Shown: positions 12,076 to 24,276 of the stretch, in pieces
Position numbering within the stretch: the stretch's first letter is position 1
How the letters are laid out: the number at the start of each line of letters is the position of its first letter
DNA from: Mobula birostris
Lineage: Eukaryota
Reading direction: 5' to 3'
Length of the DNA: 64,000 bases
Assembly (NCBI RefSeq): GCF_030028105.1
Contig: NC_092383.1
Span: 86,075,921 to 86,139,920 of the forward strand
Made by a program: the position numbers and the translations under genes
The notes under the pieces: generated by a model
Databases searched by the model: none
What the model was told of the DNA's origin: nothing
The model's input: only the letters and a program-made list of their open reading frames with translations

Positions 12076-14849
12076 GTGGTGCAACAGTGGTCATTAGTAC
12101 TTTAGTGTCTAGAAATCCAGGTGTGATTTCAATAACTGTTGGGATTGGAATGGCTTTTAGGGGGAGAAATCTCTCATCCCTACCATCCTGGTTTACCTTT
12201 GACTCCAGATCTGGTAACGTTCTCTGCTAACTGAACCACTGAAGAGGCCCAGGAAGAACTCTGATTTCAAGAGAACAGTGTGGACTATCATAGTGATTCC
12301 TGCAGAGTGAGATCAGATTCCAGCAATGATAGATCTGATGTTCTCGCTTAACAGGTTGCAGGAGATTTCTCCAGCTGGACATATTCTCCCCTCACCTGGC
12401 TCTACACTATTCCTTATACCTGTTGTTGTGTTCTTCCAAATCTGCCACACTGTTAATTGGTGTAATTGAATTCCACATTGACTGAGAAGACAACAGCATC
12501 GTCCCTCATCACGTGCTCACAGCTCTTCACAAGTAATATCTTTTATTTGATTCGTGTCACCATTGTCACAGCCGACTACTGTCTCGGTGTGTTTCCACAC
12601 TTCTGAGTCAATAGATGACTGTTCCAGTCCCATTCCAGGCAGGTGAGCCCAAGATCAGTGGTGGGTAACTTACTGGGGGCAATTGTGTGAGACAGGATCT
12701 ACTTGAATTTGCAAAGACAAGATCTGATTAGGCATAGTCAACATTATTTTGTGCAAAGGAAATGCTCTCTACAAAAAAAGTCTGAGCTTTTTTAGAAGAG
12801 ATGATTAAAGAAACAGCAGAGGACAGGAAAAAAGAGTTTAGCAAGGCTGATGACAGGATCTTACATAATAGACTGATCTGTAATGTGAAATCACATGGTA
12901 AGATAGCTGGATGGATACTGAAGGGGCTTGGTATAAGGAGTCAGATTATGGTAGTGGAGTGTTGGTTTTCTGACAACATCAGACTTTATCACCAGTGGTA
13001 TACCATCGGGATCGGTGATTTATTTGTTAAAACTCTTATTGTCATCAATATTAATAACTTGGAATGAAAATTTAGGGGTGGCATGATTAATAAATTACAG
13101 GTGAGCAGTGGAAAGAGTAGTGTGGTGGACAGTGGAAAGAGTTGTCTATGGTTAGAAGAAGATTTCAGAAATGAACCAGTGTTCAGTGTTCAGCCACTCA
13201 TTTCTGCAGCCAATTCTGGAGCCCGTTAATTGCAGGCCACAGTTTCAATTCAGCGTAAAGACAAGTAAACCTCATTGAGCAGCAAGCTGAACACTGGCCC
13301 ATCCCTTGTCTAGGGCAGACATACCTTTTGTGTTTTAAATGGGATGTGAAGGTTTATTAGCCTTGACATAATGATGAAATGCAGCAGCCTTGTTCATTTC
13401 TGTATATAGACTTAAATAGAAGGAATGGGTTCCCTTCTCATATCTCAAACGAGTGTCTTATTCAGCAATCAGAAATTCATATTCAGCAGATAGTAATTTA
13501 CCCGGGCTGTTCAAGCACTTCAAAGGTTAGCAATGACCATAAGACATACGAAAATGAGACCATAAGACATACAAGCAGAATTAGGCCACCTGGCCCATAC
13601 AGCCTGAAGGCACACACTCAGTGATTCAGGACAGCATCATCCCCTCTGCCATCTGATTTGTAAATGGACATTGAACCCATGAACACTACCTCACTTGTTA
13701 GGTATATATTATTTCTGTTTCTTCATGATTTTTAATCTATTCAATTTACGTATACTGTTATTTATTTATTTATTTATTTATTTATTATTATTTCTCTTCT
13801 ATATTATGTATTCAATTGAACTACAACTGCTAAGTTAACAAATTTCACGACACATGACGGTGATAATAAACCTGATTCTCATTCTGATTCTGGTAATTCA
13901 ATCAAATCTGTTTTAAGGAACTTGCTGCTGAGGAGGGAGCAAATTAGGGAATAGGTGTGATGTAGAAGGGCTTTCATGCAAACTCAGCATACAGTACTTT
14001 ACTTAATTCCCTCTCCTCTCTGAAAGCTGTGTCTGCTCTTTGAAGGAAATTTTAAAGCTCACGTCTTCTGAATTCTTTCCCATCTGTTGGTGCAATTTCA
14101 AGAGCTCTGATGGAATTTCAGTTTGGATGTGAGGGGAAACCAAGTGAATGGAATTACACAGTCACAATGGAGTAAAATCCATGTCAGATCTGTTCCTAAA
14201 CCAAATCAACTCCATTTTGCAGGAAATTATGTTAAGTAGACGACCCCTGTAGTTTCTATTTCTCATGGATGGGTGACGCCAGGTGGATGGGAATGGTGCT
14301 AAAGGCTGTAAAGAATGAACCTGATAGGAGGGTAGACTGAACCAAAGGAGAAATGGGAGGAAAAGGGGACCCAGGGGGAAGTAAAAGAAAAGTAAGACGA
14401 GGAGAAGAATGACCTTGACCCGAAATATCAACTATCTATTCATTTCCATAGATACTGACTGATTTGCTGCGCTCCTCCAGTATTTTGTGTGTGTTGCTTT
14501 TGGTTTCATTGTATTGTGTGGGATTAGGTGGTGCAAGAATGTGGCTGATTTATATTTTCCTGAATTTTTGTTGCTGACTTTGCAATTGTTTATTAACTGT
14601 TAATTTCACATTGTATATAAAGAGATAAATGATAAAATAATTCAGTATAGATGGAGATCTTTTGTAATTTTGGGTTTGTTACATTTGTTTTAAGGGAAAA
14701 CAGTGCAGTATATTAGCTGTTAATGTATATCTGCTTAAATTCTGTCCATTGTATAGTATGAGTGCTGAGTCTATTGCATCAGTCACTGCTGTCATCAGCC
14801 TAATGTTCACCCTCAGTGAAGGATGTGGTCAGAACTTCTGTTTTCTTTA

Positions 14850-15559
14850 TGTACGGTGTTTCTTCTTTTATGTTACTGCATAGGCTAATTAAAATGGCTT
14901 CTTTGTTATGTTATAATTGAAATGGCTTCTTTGTTATGTTAACTACTGAGAAAGTCCTCCCGCTAGCAGTTTGTTTGGATTATGTTACTAATAACAGGAT
15001 GAACAAACCAATTGGGATAGATGTTATTCTTTCTGTGTGTCTGTAAGTTATTGTGATGTGCGGGTTTTTGGAGAGAAGGCACAAGAGAGAGAGAGGGAGG
15101 ATGGACCAGGTGCTGTGAGTTGGCTAATGGGGTTGCACCCTGATCAGGAGCCCGAGGTGCAGGGTGTTCGGCGAGGAGAGGAGACAGAGACGTGTGGAGC
15201 GTCTGGTCGACCACCGTTGTTGGTCCCAGGCAGCAGGTCGAGGTGGTCCAAGGGGATCACAGGGTGAAGAAGGAGGGTCCTGAGCTCCAACTGTTTGTGC
15301 ATGAAGAGATCGAACTTTGATAAGTGTGGCGCCTTTTATTTTCCTTTTATATTTTATTCTCTATTAATTATATTGTTCCAGTAATATCTATAAACTGTAA
15401 TTCATTTAATCGTATCTGGTGTATTGTCTGTTATCTGGGCAGGGTGAGGTACCTCACACAGCATCCACACAAACTAATTACCCAGTTTGGTGGGGCTGAG
15501 GGCTGTTTCCCTAGACGACAGCGAGCCGAGCGACCCTGAGGGTGGCCAGGGGAGCTACA
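14850..15559. mobile_element. Solo LTR (710 bp)
   Basis: TG...CA termini and 4-bp TSD ttta. The empty site is at about 29955. Confidence 0.85.
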
Positions 15560-15573
15560 TTTAATTGTCTTAC

Positions 15574-15610
15574 CAAACAAAATATAGAGAATTAACAACA
15601 GATGCTACAT
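15574..15610 (-). pseudogene. Leader-like relic exon M*HLLLILYILF(G)
   Basis: 37 nt with a TTG|gtaaga donor, same length and phase as the 33172 leader. Codon 2 is TAG. Paralogue at 29969-30005 begins GTG TAG. Confidence 0.4.
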
Positions 15611-16149
15611 ATTAACCTACTGCTCTGGTCTCTTCCTGCATTGCCCCATCACTTCTCGGAAAACTTCTCAACAACCATGGGTCAATATACTTATGAGAAC
15701 AAATGCAGAGACACAAAACGTTTTCAGCAAAGCATTTCTGTTTCAGCAACTAGATCACTGAATAACAATAACAATTTGGTGAAGCAAAGTGAAAAGGCCA
15801 CTTAACCGTTGTGTTTAAACCTGTTCCCAATCCTGTGCATACTAGTCGATACAACGGTGGGATTGTAAAACGTTCTCTGTTCTGTTGTTGAGAAATCATA
15901 CAGAAATTGCAGCTTTATGAGGTATTGGTCAAACTGCATGTGGAATATGGTGAACAGTTCGAGGCATATATCTTTGAATGGATGTGCTGCAATTGGAGAG
16001 GGTCTAGTGAAGGCAGGGAAGTGGTGATGACTTCTCGATAAAATCTATAAGTTTGATTAGACATGTACTACCACCCACGAAGCCATGCTGACTATTCTTA
16101 ATCCGCCCATGTCTATCCAAATATGATAGATCTATCTGGTCACTTAGAA

Positions 16150-17155
16150 CAGCGGTCCCCAACCACCGGGCCACAAAGCATGTGCTACAGGGCCGCGAGG
16201 AAACGATATGATTTGGCGATATGAGTCAGCTGCACCTTTCCTCATTCTCGTCACGCCCACTGTTGAGCTTGAATGCACACGAGGTCATTACCCGCGCGTC
16301 ACCCATGTCAGCGCGGGAAGAAGGTCAACTCCTGAAGCTTGCAAATGACGACGGGCTGAAAAGTATGTTTGACATAACATCTCTGCCGGTGTTCTGGATC
16401 AAAGTCAAAGCTGAATATCCTGAGATAGCCACGAAAGCACTGAAAACGTTGCTTCCATTTCCAACATATCTCTGCAATGAATGCAACGAAAACTACATTG
16501 CAGAATAGACTGGACATAAGGAACCCCCTTCGAGTATCGCTGTCTCCCATCACCCTTCGATAGGACCATCTTGTTGCAGGAAAACAAGCCCAGGGCTCCC
16601 ACTGATTCAGCGATATTGGTGTGTTGCAATGATTTTATATGTTCATACGAGGAAAATATGTGCTGTGTATTTAATATCCAAACGTCACTTAAAATGTTAT
16701 GATGCTATTGACTTATAAGTGACTTATACAGTAACTGACTTATCACTATTTTTATGCGAGGAAAATATGCGCTGTGTGTTTAGTATTAAATTTATTAGGT
16801 AAACCCTTTTATAAACAAAATTGAGTGTATTAGCCACTAAAAGGTGACCTATAGTTGACTGATCTTCTATATTCCGGTTGTGATTAACACCCCACCTCCC
16901 CAACAGAATCGCCAAAAACGATTTGTAGAAAAAAAATCGGCACGTACATGCATGCGCAAGTCGCACATGCACACAGAGTTGCCCGCGCAAAGCTTCTTGG
17001 TAATTGTAGTCGTCTGGGGTAAACACAATGTATTTGACTTTTACTCTTGTCCATTGGCAACCTTACCCACCCCCTGCACTCCCCAGTCGGCCGGTCCGCA
17101 AGAATATTGTCAATAATAAACTGGTCCGCGATGCAAAAAAGGTTGGGGATCCCTG
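16150..17155 (+). mobile_element. Internally deleted hAT (Charlie/Buster-like) DNA transposon
   Basis: TIRs cagcggtccccaacc / ggttggggatccctg, 8-bp TSD acttagaa, and hAT C-terminal fragment FWIKVKAEYPEIATKALKTLLPFPTYLC. Empty site in copy B near 49425. Confidence 0.92.
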
Positions 17156-17692
17156 ACTTAGAATACATTCCAATAACTTTTCTGCAACTGATGTGAGATT
17201 CACTTCTCTACAATTTCCTAATTTATGCTTAGACCCTTTTTTAAACAGCAGATCAGTATTGGCTACTCTCCGATCCTCTGGTACCTCTCCGGTTGCTAAG
17301 AATAGTTTCAGTATGTCTGTCAGGGCCCAGGTATTTTCTGCACTTGTCTCCCGTCAGATCTGAGGGAACACCTTAGCAGGCCCAGGTGATATTTCCACAC
17401 TGATATGCCTCAGGATAGGAAACACCTCCTCCTCTGATACGTAACATTTCATGGAGTTCAGAGGCAGGAAAACTTGCTGAGCTTTCCGCTGGAAATTGGT
17501 GTCCCATCAGTGGGTCAGAACCTGCACTGGGTGAGAGCAACATGAGCGGGGTTTCTTTACCATTGTTCACTCGCCACAGGGCTCTGCACTGCTGTGGAGC
17601 CTCCGGATATTCCTGCTGCCCTGACTCTTCCCAGAGAAAATATGAATCAGACATTTCATTGGAGACATCAAGTCAATCAAAAAGAAACCTAC

Positions 17693-18007
17693 CGTCAGAT
17701 ACTTGTAGATGCACATCACACACTGGATGATTGCCAGATGTTGTAATTCCCCATCTGTAATGTCCTGTATCATTAGAGACAAGATTCTCCATAGTAACAG
17801 TAAATATTCCCTGGGATGTGTTATCTCTGATTGCCATTCTTCCATACTGCTCATTTGTCCCATTTGTATTCACTAACGGTGTGCATTGGTGACCCCACAT
17901 GCGGCACAAATACTTTGTGTGTGAACGGTACATTGGTGCATAGTGACAATCGATTGTGATCGCTCTTCCCACAACTCCTCTTACTTTATCTTCTGCCCAT
18001 AAAGCAC
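17693..18007 (-). CDS. Ig V-set exon V2, copy A; F-strand Cys replaced by Trp (DTGHYRWG)
   Basis: Same splice sites and length (315 nt, phase 1-1) as V1 with an open frame. The canonical second Cys codon reads TGG. Confidence 0.8.
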
Positions 18008-18280
18008 CTGAAACTGAGGGAGAAGTTTCTCAGAAAACGCACAGGTAAAATCAAATCAACACAGGGAGATTCAAGATTCTAGATCGTTTCATGTCATTTC
18101 TTGTACAAAGGTGTAAAGGAGAACAAAATCATTATCACACTGGAACTGACACAAAAGATAAGAAATGCAATCATTATAATAAAGATATTTAATTTATAAA
18201 TGTCACTGTGTCCTAAGGAATCTGCCACACTGTCAATTGGTGTAATTGAATTCGACATTGACTGAAAAGACAACCGCATC

Positions 18281-18436
18281 AAAAACACAATATAATCTGC
18301 ATATGCTGGGATCAAAGCAACACTTACAACACGCTGGAGGAACTCAGCAGGTCAGGAAGCATCCGTGGAAATGATGAGTTGACTTTTCAGGCCGGAACCC
18401 TTCGTCAGGACTGAAGAGGGAAGGGGCAGAGGCCCT
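18281..18436 (-). mobile_element. Short Penelope-derived repeat with a hammerhead-like core, specific to copy A
   Basis: Reverse strand reads ctgacga agggttccggcct gaaaagtc. Flanked by gcatc duplication; absent near 50520. Confidence 0.65.
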
Positions 18437-19959
18437 AGCATCGTCCCTCATCTCGTGCTCACACCTCTTCACAAGTAATGAATCTTATTTGTTGGAGTCA
18501 TCATTATCATTGCCCACTACTGTCTCAGTATGTTTCCACATTTCAGAGTCAATAGATTACTGATCCAGTCCCATTCCAGGTAGGTGAGCATAAGATCAGT
18601 GGGGGTTAACTTTCTGTAGGCAATTGTGTGAGACAGGATCTCCCTGAATTTGCAAATGCAAGATGTGATTTGGGATAGTCAACATAATATTGTGCATAGG
18701 AAATCCTCTCCCAAAAATATTTGAGTTTTTTTTGAGAGATGATCATAGGAACTGATGACGACAGGACTTTAGTGTTTAGCTGTTTTGTTTAGCAGGGCTT
18801 ATGACCGTACCTTGCATAGCAGACTGATCTGTAATGTGAGATCACATGGTAAGCTACCTGGATGGATATTGAATAGTCTTGGTGGAAGGAGTCAGACTGT
18901 GGTCGTGGAGTGTTGGTTTTCTGACAACATCAGACTTTATCACCAGTGGTGTGCCATCAGGATCGGTGCTGTTATTTGTTAACCACTCTTATTTGTCATC
19001 AATATTAATAATTTGGAATGAAAATGTAGGTGGAATGATTAATAAGTTATGGGTGACACTGCAGTGTGGTGGACAGTGGAAAGAGTTGTGTAAGTTTGCA
19101 TGAGGATCTTGAAAATGAGCCGGTGTTCAGCCCCATTGCTCAGTGCCAGCAAGCTGTCCCCACCTGAGCCTGTATGGTCTGCTTGCATTTGACCTGTCTC
19201 CCTCTCCTCTCGGTACTACCATCAGGTGGAAGGTGCAGGAGTCTTGGGGCTCACACCACGGGGTTTGTAAACAGTTGTCCTGCAGCTATCAGGCTCCCGG
19301 ATTGGTTTCACTCGCCTCAGCACTGAACTGACTCCGCAGCTGTGGACTCACTTTCAGAGACTCTGCCTCTCATGTTCTATGTATTATTTGTTTACGTATT
19401 TTTATTATTTGCATGATTCATCATCTTTTGCACATTGGCTTTTTGTCAGTCTTTGTTGTGTGTGATTTGACATGGATTATATTGTGTTAGTTTGTTTTGT
19501 GGACAAAGGTATGGTGGATAATCACAGTCTTTATCCCAGGATGGGGAAGTCGAAAACGAGAGACCCTTGGCTTAAAGAGTGAAGGGAAATTCTTAGAGAG
19601 CCTGGAGAGGCAGTGTTTTACACAGAGCAGTGTGTGTGTGGAAAAGGCAGTCAGAGGAAGTGCTAGAGATGGTTACAAATACACTATTTAATATACATTT
19701 GGACAAGTTCATATGTAGGAAAGTTCTAGAAGGATACCAGCCAAATGCAGGGAAATGGGAGAAGCTCAGGAAGACACTGTGGTCAGCATGGACGATTTGG
19801 GGTGAAGCTCCTGTTTCCATAACCTATAACTCTCTGACTCTGCAGCATCCTCCCTAAACTGGAACAACAGGAATTCTGCAGATGCCGGAAATTCAAGCAA
19901 CACACATAAAAGTTGCTGGTGAACGCAGCAGGCCAGGCAGCATCTCTAGGAAGAAGTGC

Positions 19960-19995
19960 AGTCGACGTTTCAGGCCGAGACCCTTCGTCAGGACT
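19960..19995 (-). ncRNA. Minimal hammerhead motif in the inverted pLTR
   Basis: agtc-CTGACGA-agggtctcggcct-GAAACGTC-gact with a 4-bp stem I. Confidence 0.7.
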
Positions 19996-21929
19996 AACTG
20001 AAGGAAGAGTGAGTAAGGGATTTGAAAGTTGGAGGGGGAGGGGGAGATCCAAAATGATAGGAGAAGACAGGAGGGGGAGGGATAGAGCCAAGAGCTTCCA
20101 AAATGATAGGAGAAGACAGGAGGGTTCCTGCCCCACTGAACTCGTTTCTGCATACCTCGACACGGTTTTATTCCCCGTTGTTCAATCCCTTCCTACCTAT
20201 GTTCGTGACACTTCTCATGCTCTTGAACTTTTCGATGATTTTAAGTTCCCTGGCCCCCACCGCTTTATTTTCACCATGGATGTCCAGTCCCTATATACTT
20301 CCATCCCCCATCAGGAAGGTCTCAAAGCTCTACGCTTCTTTTTGAATTCCAGACCTAATCAGTTCCCCTCTACCACCACTCTGCTCCGTCTAGCGGAATT
20401 AGTCCTTACTCTTAATAATTTCTCCTTTGGCTTCTCCCACTTCCTCCAAACTAAAGGTGTAGCTATGGGCACCCGTATGGGTCCTAGCTATGCCTGCCTT
20501 TTTGTTGGCTTTGTGGAACAATCTATGTTCTGTGCCTATTCTGGTATCTGTCCCCCACGTTTCCTTCGCTACATCGACGACTGCATTGGCGCTGCTACCT
20601 GCACGCATGCAGAGCTCGTTGACTTTATTAACTTTGCCTCCAACTTTCACCCTGCGCTCAAGTTTACCTGGTCCATTTCCGACACCTCCCTCCCCTTTCT
20701 AGATCTTTCTGTCTCTGTCTCTGGAGACAGCTTATCCGCTGATGTCTACTGTAAACCTACCGACTCTCACAGCTATCTGGACTATTCCTCTTCTCACCCT
20801 GTCTCTTGCAAAAATGCCATCCCCTTCTCGCAATTCCTCCGTCTCTTCCGCATCTGCTCTCAGGATGAGGCTTTTCATTCTAGGACGAGGGAGATGTCTT
20901 CCTTTTTTAAAGAAAGGGGCTTCCCTTCCTCCACTATCAACTCTGCTCTTAAACGCACCCCCCCCCCATTTCACGTACATCTGCTCTCACTCCATCCTCC
21001 CGCCACCCCACTAGGAATAGGGTTCCTCTGGTCCTCACCTACCACCCCACCAGCCTCCGGGTCCAACATATTATTCTCCGTAACTTCCGCCACCTCCAAC
21101 GGGATCCCACCACTAAGCGCATCTTTCCCTCCACCCCGACTGCATTCCGCAGGGATCGCTCCCTACGCGACTCCCTTGTCCATTCGTCCCCCACATCCCT
21201 CCCCACTGTGCTCCCTCCTGGCACTTATCCGTGTAAGCGGACCAAGTGCTACACATGCCATTACACTTCCTCCCTTACCACCATTCAGGGCCCCAAACAG
21301 TCCTTCCAGGTGAGGCAACACTTCACCTGTGAGTCGGCTGGGGTGATATACCACGTCCGGTGCTCCCGATGTGGCCTTTTATATATTGGCGAGACCCGAT
21401 GCGGACTGGGAGACCGCTTTGCTGAACACCTACGCTCTGTTCGCCAGAGAAAGCAGGATCTCCCAGTGGCCACACATTTTAATTCCACATCCCATTCCCA
21501 TTCTGACATGTCTATCCACGGCCTCCTCTACTGTAAAGATGAAGCCACACTCAGGTTGGAGGAACAACACCTTATATTCCGTCTGGGTAGCCTCCAACCT
21601 GATGGCATGAACATTGACTTCTCTAACTTCCGCTAATGCCCCACCTCCCCCTCGTACCCCATCTGTTACTTATTTTTATACACACATTCTTTCTCTCACT
21701 CTCCTTTTTCTCCCTCTGTCCCTCTGAATATACCCCTTGCCCATCCTCTGGGCCCCCCCCCTTGTCTTTCTTCCTGGACCTCCTGTCCCATGATTCTCTC
21801 GTATCCCCTTTTGCCTATCACCTGTCCAGCTCTTGGCTCTATCCCTCCCCCTCCTGTCTTCTCCTATCATTTTGGATCTCCCCCTCCCCCTCCAACTTTC
21901 AAATCCGTTACTCACTCTTCCTGCAGTTT

Positions 21930-21963
21930 GTCCTGACGAAGGGTCTCGGCCTGAAACGTCGAC
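21930..21963 (+). ncRNA. Minimal type-I hammerhead ribozyme motif in the Penelope pLTR
   Basis: gtc-CTGACGA-agg(gtctcgg)cct-GAAAC-GTC-gac: core, stem II and stem I (gtc/gac). Confidence 0.7.
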
Positions 21964-23701
21964 TGCACCTCATCCTAGAGATGCTGCCTGGCCTGCTGCG
22001 TTCACCAGCAACTTTTATGTGTGTTGCTCCCTAAACTGGAACACACTTTTGAAAAGTTAAATTCAGAATTCTATTTCATTGCATAGATGTGACAGCTTAT
22101 GGGATCACAGCCTATCAGATTGCACTTCAGTCTCAAAATTCAAAGTTCAAAGTACATTTATTATCAAAGATTTGATACCATATACAACCTTGAGATTCAC
22201 CTCCTTCCAGACAATCATAAAAAAATAGAACACCCAATATACAGAAAAAAGAGCAAATCAAAGTAAGCAAGTAACATTTGGAACTGAAATTCACAAAACT
22301 GAGGCCACAGCCAAGAAGCCAGTCATGACTGTAGCCAATTCATGAGCCCGTTAATTGCCAACCATGGCCTCAGTTCAGCGTAAAGACACGTAAACCTTAC
22401 TGTGCAGCAAGCTGAACACCAGCCCATCCCTCGCCTTGGACTGACATTCCTTTAGTGATTAAAAGGGACTTGAAGGTTTGTTATCCTTGTTGTAATCATG
22501 AAATGCAGCAGCCTTGTTCATAGAAGAAATGGATTTCCTTCTCATGTCTCAAAGTGAGTGAGGTTTTTTATTTAACAAACAAAAACTCAGTTTCAGCAGT
22601 TAGTAGTTTACCTGGGCCGCTCAGATATTCAAAAGCCAGAGATGACCAAAGACAATGAGCCCATAAGAAATAGGAGAATTAGGCCATTTGGCCCATACAG
22701 TCTGCTCCACTATTACATCAAGGCTGATTTATTACCCGACTCAATTCTATTCTCCCCGTAATCTTTGATGCCTTTCCTAAACAAGGAACTATTAAGTACG
22801 CTTTAAATATACCCAATGTCTTGGTCTCAAAAGCCATGTATGGTATTGAATTCCACAGATTCAACACCCTGTGGCTACAGAAATTCCTCCTCATCTTTGT
22901 TCTAATGTACAGAGCCTGCACATCCTCCATGTGGAATGTATGGGGTCTCCCCGTGTGGTCCTGTTTCCTCCCACAGTCCAAAGACATACTCATTAGGAGA
23001 ATTGGTCTTTGCAGATTGCTCTGTGATGAGGTTTACAGTTAATTGGGTTTGTCGAGAGTTCCTTCAGTGTTGTGGCCCAAAGGGCCGGAAGGGCCTACTC
23101 TGTACTCTATCGGTAAATAAATAAAATAAAGGGATGTTCTTGCATTCTGAGGCTGATTTTTCAGGCATGATTTCCCCCATATGGAAACCATACTTGATCA
23201 TATACATCCAAGTACCCCAAAATCCTGTTCTTAGTAATAGACTCCCACATCTTCACAACCACTAAAGTCCTGCTAACTGGTTGACTATTTCCTTTCTTTT
23301 GCCTCCCTCCTTTCTTAAAGAGTGGGGTGATATTTCCAATTTTCTAATCCCTCGAACAATCCAGAGTCTAGTTATTCTTGAAAGGTGACCACTAATGCCT
23401 CCACGATTTCTTTATAGAACTCTTTCAGAAACTTGGGTATAGTCCATCTGTCCAAATGACTCATCTACTTTCAGATCCCTCAGCTTCCCGTTTTGCTTAC
23501 TAATAGCAACGACACTCATCCCTGCCCCTGCCATTGCCAGATTTCTGTTATTCCCTCTAATATTTGCAATATTATAAGTCTTTCCTTTTGCTTTTCTGAG
23601 AGTGTCATTGAATCAGAAGTCGATACCTAGTCTAGACTTTTCAAAGTAAAGCCAGAAATATTAATGGACTGTTCTCAATTTGTCCAGATGTGCAAGTCCA
23701 A

Positions 23702-23829
23702 CTATGTTTGAGATGCCTCACATCTTCCAGGAGCAAGTGACAGACTTAACTGTTCACTGCACTTTATTTCTACCCCATGGAGGCTGCAATGTGCAGCTTC
23801 TACAAATGCAAAGAAATTCCTTACCCTCA
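23702..23829 (-). CDS. Candidate alternative terminal exon after C2 (soluble isoform), 42 aa with 3 Cys
   Basis: 76-nt GT-AG intron, open phase-1 frame MRVRNFF...RCEASQT ending in TAG. The TAG position is shared with copy B, which also has an earlier TAA. Confidence 0.3.
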
Positions 23830-23905
23830 CTAGAAGTATATGACCAGCAGTAACAGAGTAATTAAAAAACATTTAAATGTATCCTCCCTTAAAATTAGAA
23901 CTTAC

Positions 23906-24226
23906 TAGTGCCATTGATTTCTGTCACATAACTGCAGATATCTCTGTTGTTGAAGATTGTCACATTAACCATTGCACTGGATCTTGCTCCAAGCCGATTC
24001 GAGGCACTGCAGTAATATTGATGGTGTGTGTGCTTGAAGGATTGACAATGTAGAGTCAGTTCATTGGTATCTGAGATCTTTGGATACACAGATGAAGTTC
24101 TTTCATACCATCTGTACTGAATGGGAAGGGATCCCTGGAAGGACTCACAGGAAAGTGACACAGAGCCCCCGAGGCATGAGACATTTGCTGGTGACAGATA
24201 TCGAAGCACAGGAACAGACACAAATA
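23906..24226 (-). CDS. Ig C2/I-like exon, copy A, intact
   Basis: ctttcccacag| acceptor and |gtaagt donor, 321 nt, phase 1-1. Motifs VSLSC..YRWY..QYYCSASN; sequons NVS, NVT and NGT. Confidence 0.88.
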
Positions 24227-24276
24227 CTGTGGGAAAGAATTAAACATTCAGTCACTGAATGAACATCTGAAAATCA

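Larger units (their letters stand above)
12440..15960. repeat. Intralocus partial duplicate: mosaic of 18215-19135, 22320-22700 and 27185-30400
   Basis: Same order as the source segments. The junction near 13600 (ccatacag|cctgaagg) skips the leader-V1-C2 block. Confidence 0.85.
19867..22026 (+). mobile_element. Penelope-like element, 5'-truncated with inverted pLTR
   Basis: RT motifs (MDVQSLYTSI, GVAMG, RYIDD) and GIY-YIG (VIYHVRC..YIGET) in different frames. About 200 bp at the 5' end is the reverse complement of the 3' end. 17-bp TSD ctccctaaactggaaca; empty site near 52930. Confidence 0.95.

Noticed and set aside
18094-18315. Hydrophobic ORF (IFIIMIAFLIFCVSSSVIMILFSF) as a TM exon or a leader for V2
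   Set aside because: The copy B orthologue has an in-frame TAA, the only nearby GT gives the wrong phase, and AT-rich intron DNA readily yields hydrophobic codons.
19913-20124. N-terminus of the 466-aa ORF as real Penelope protein
   Set aside because: It is read through the inverted pLTR; RT homology begins only after about 20125.
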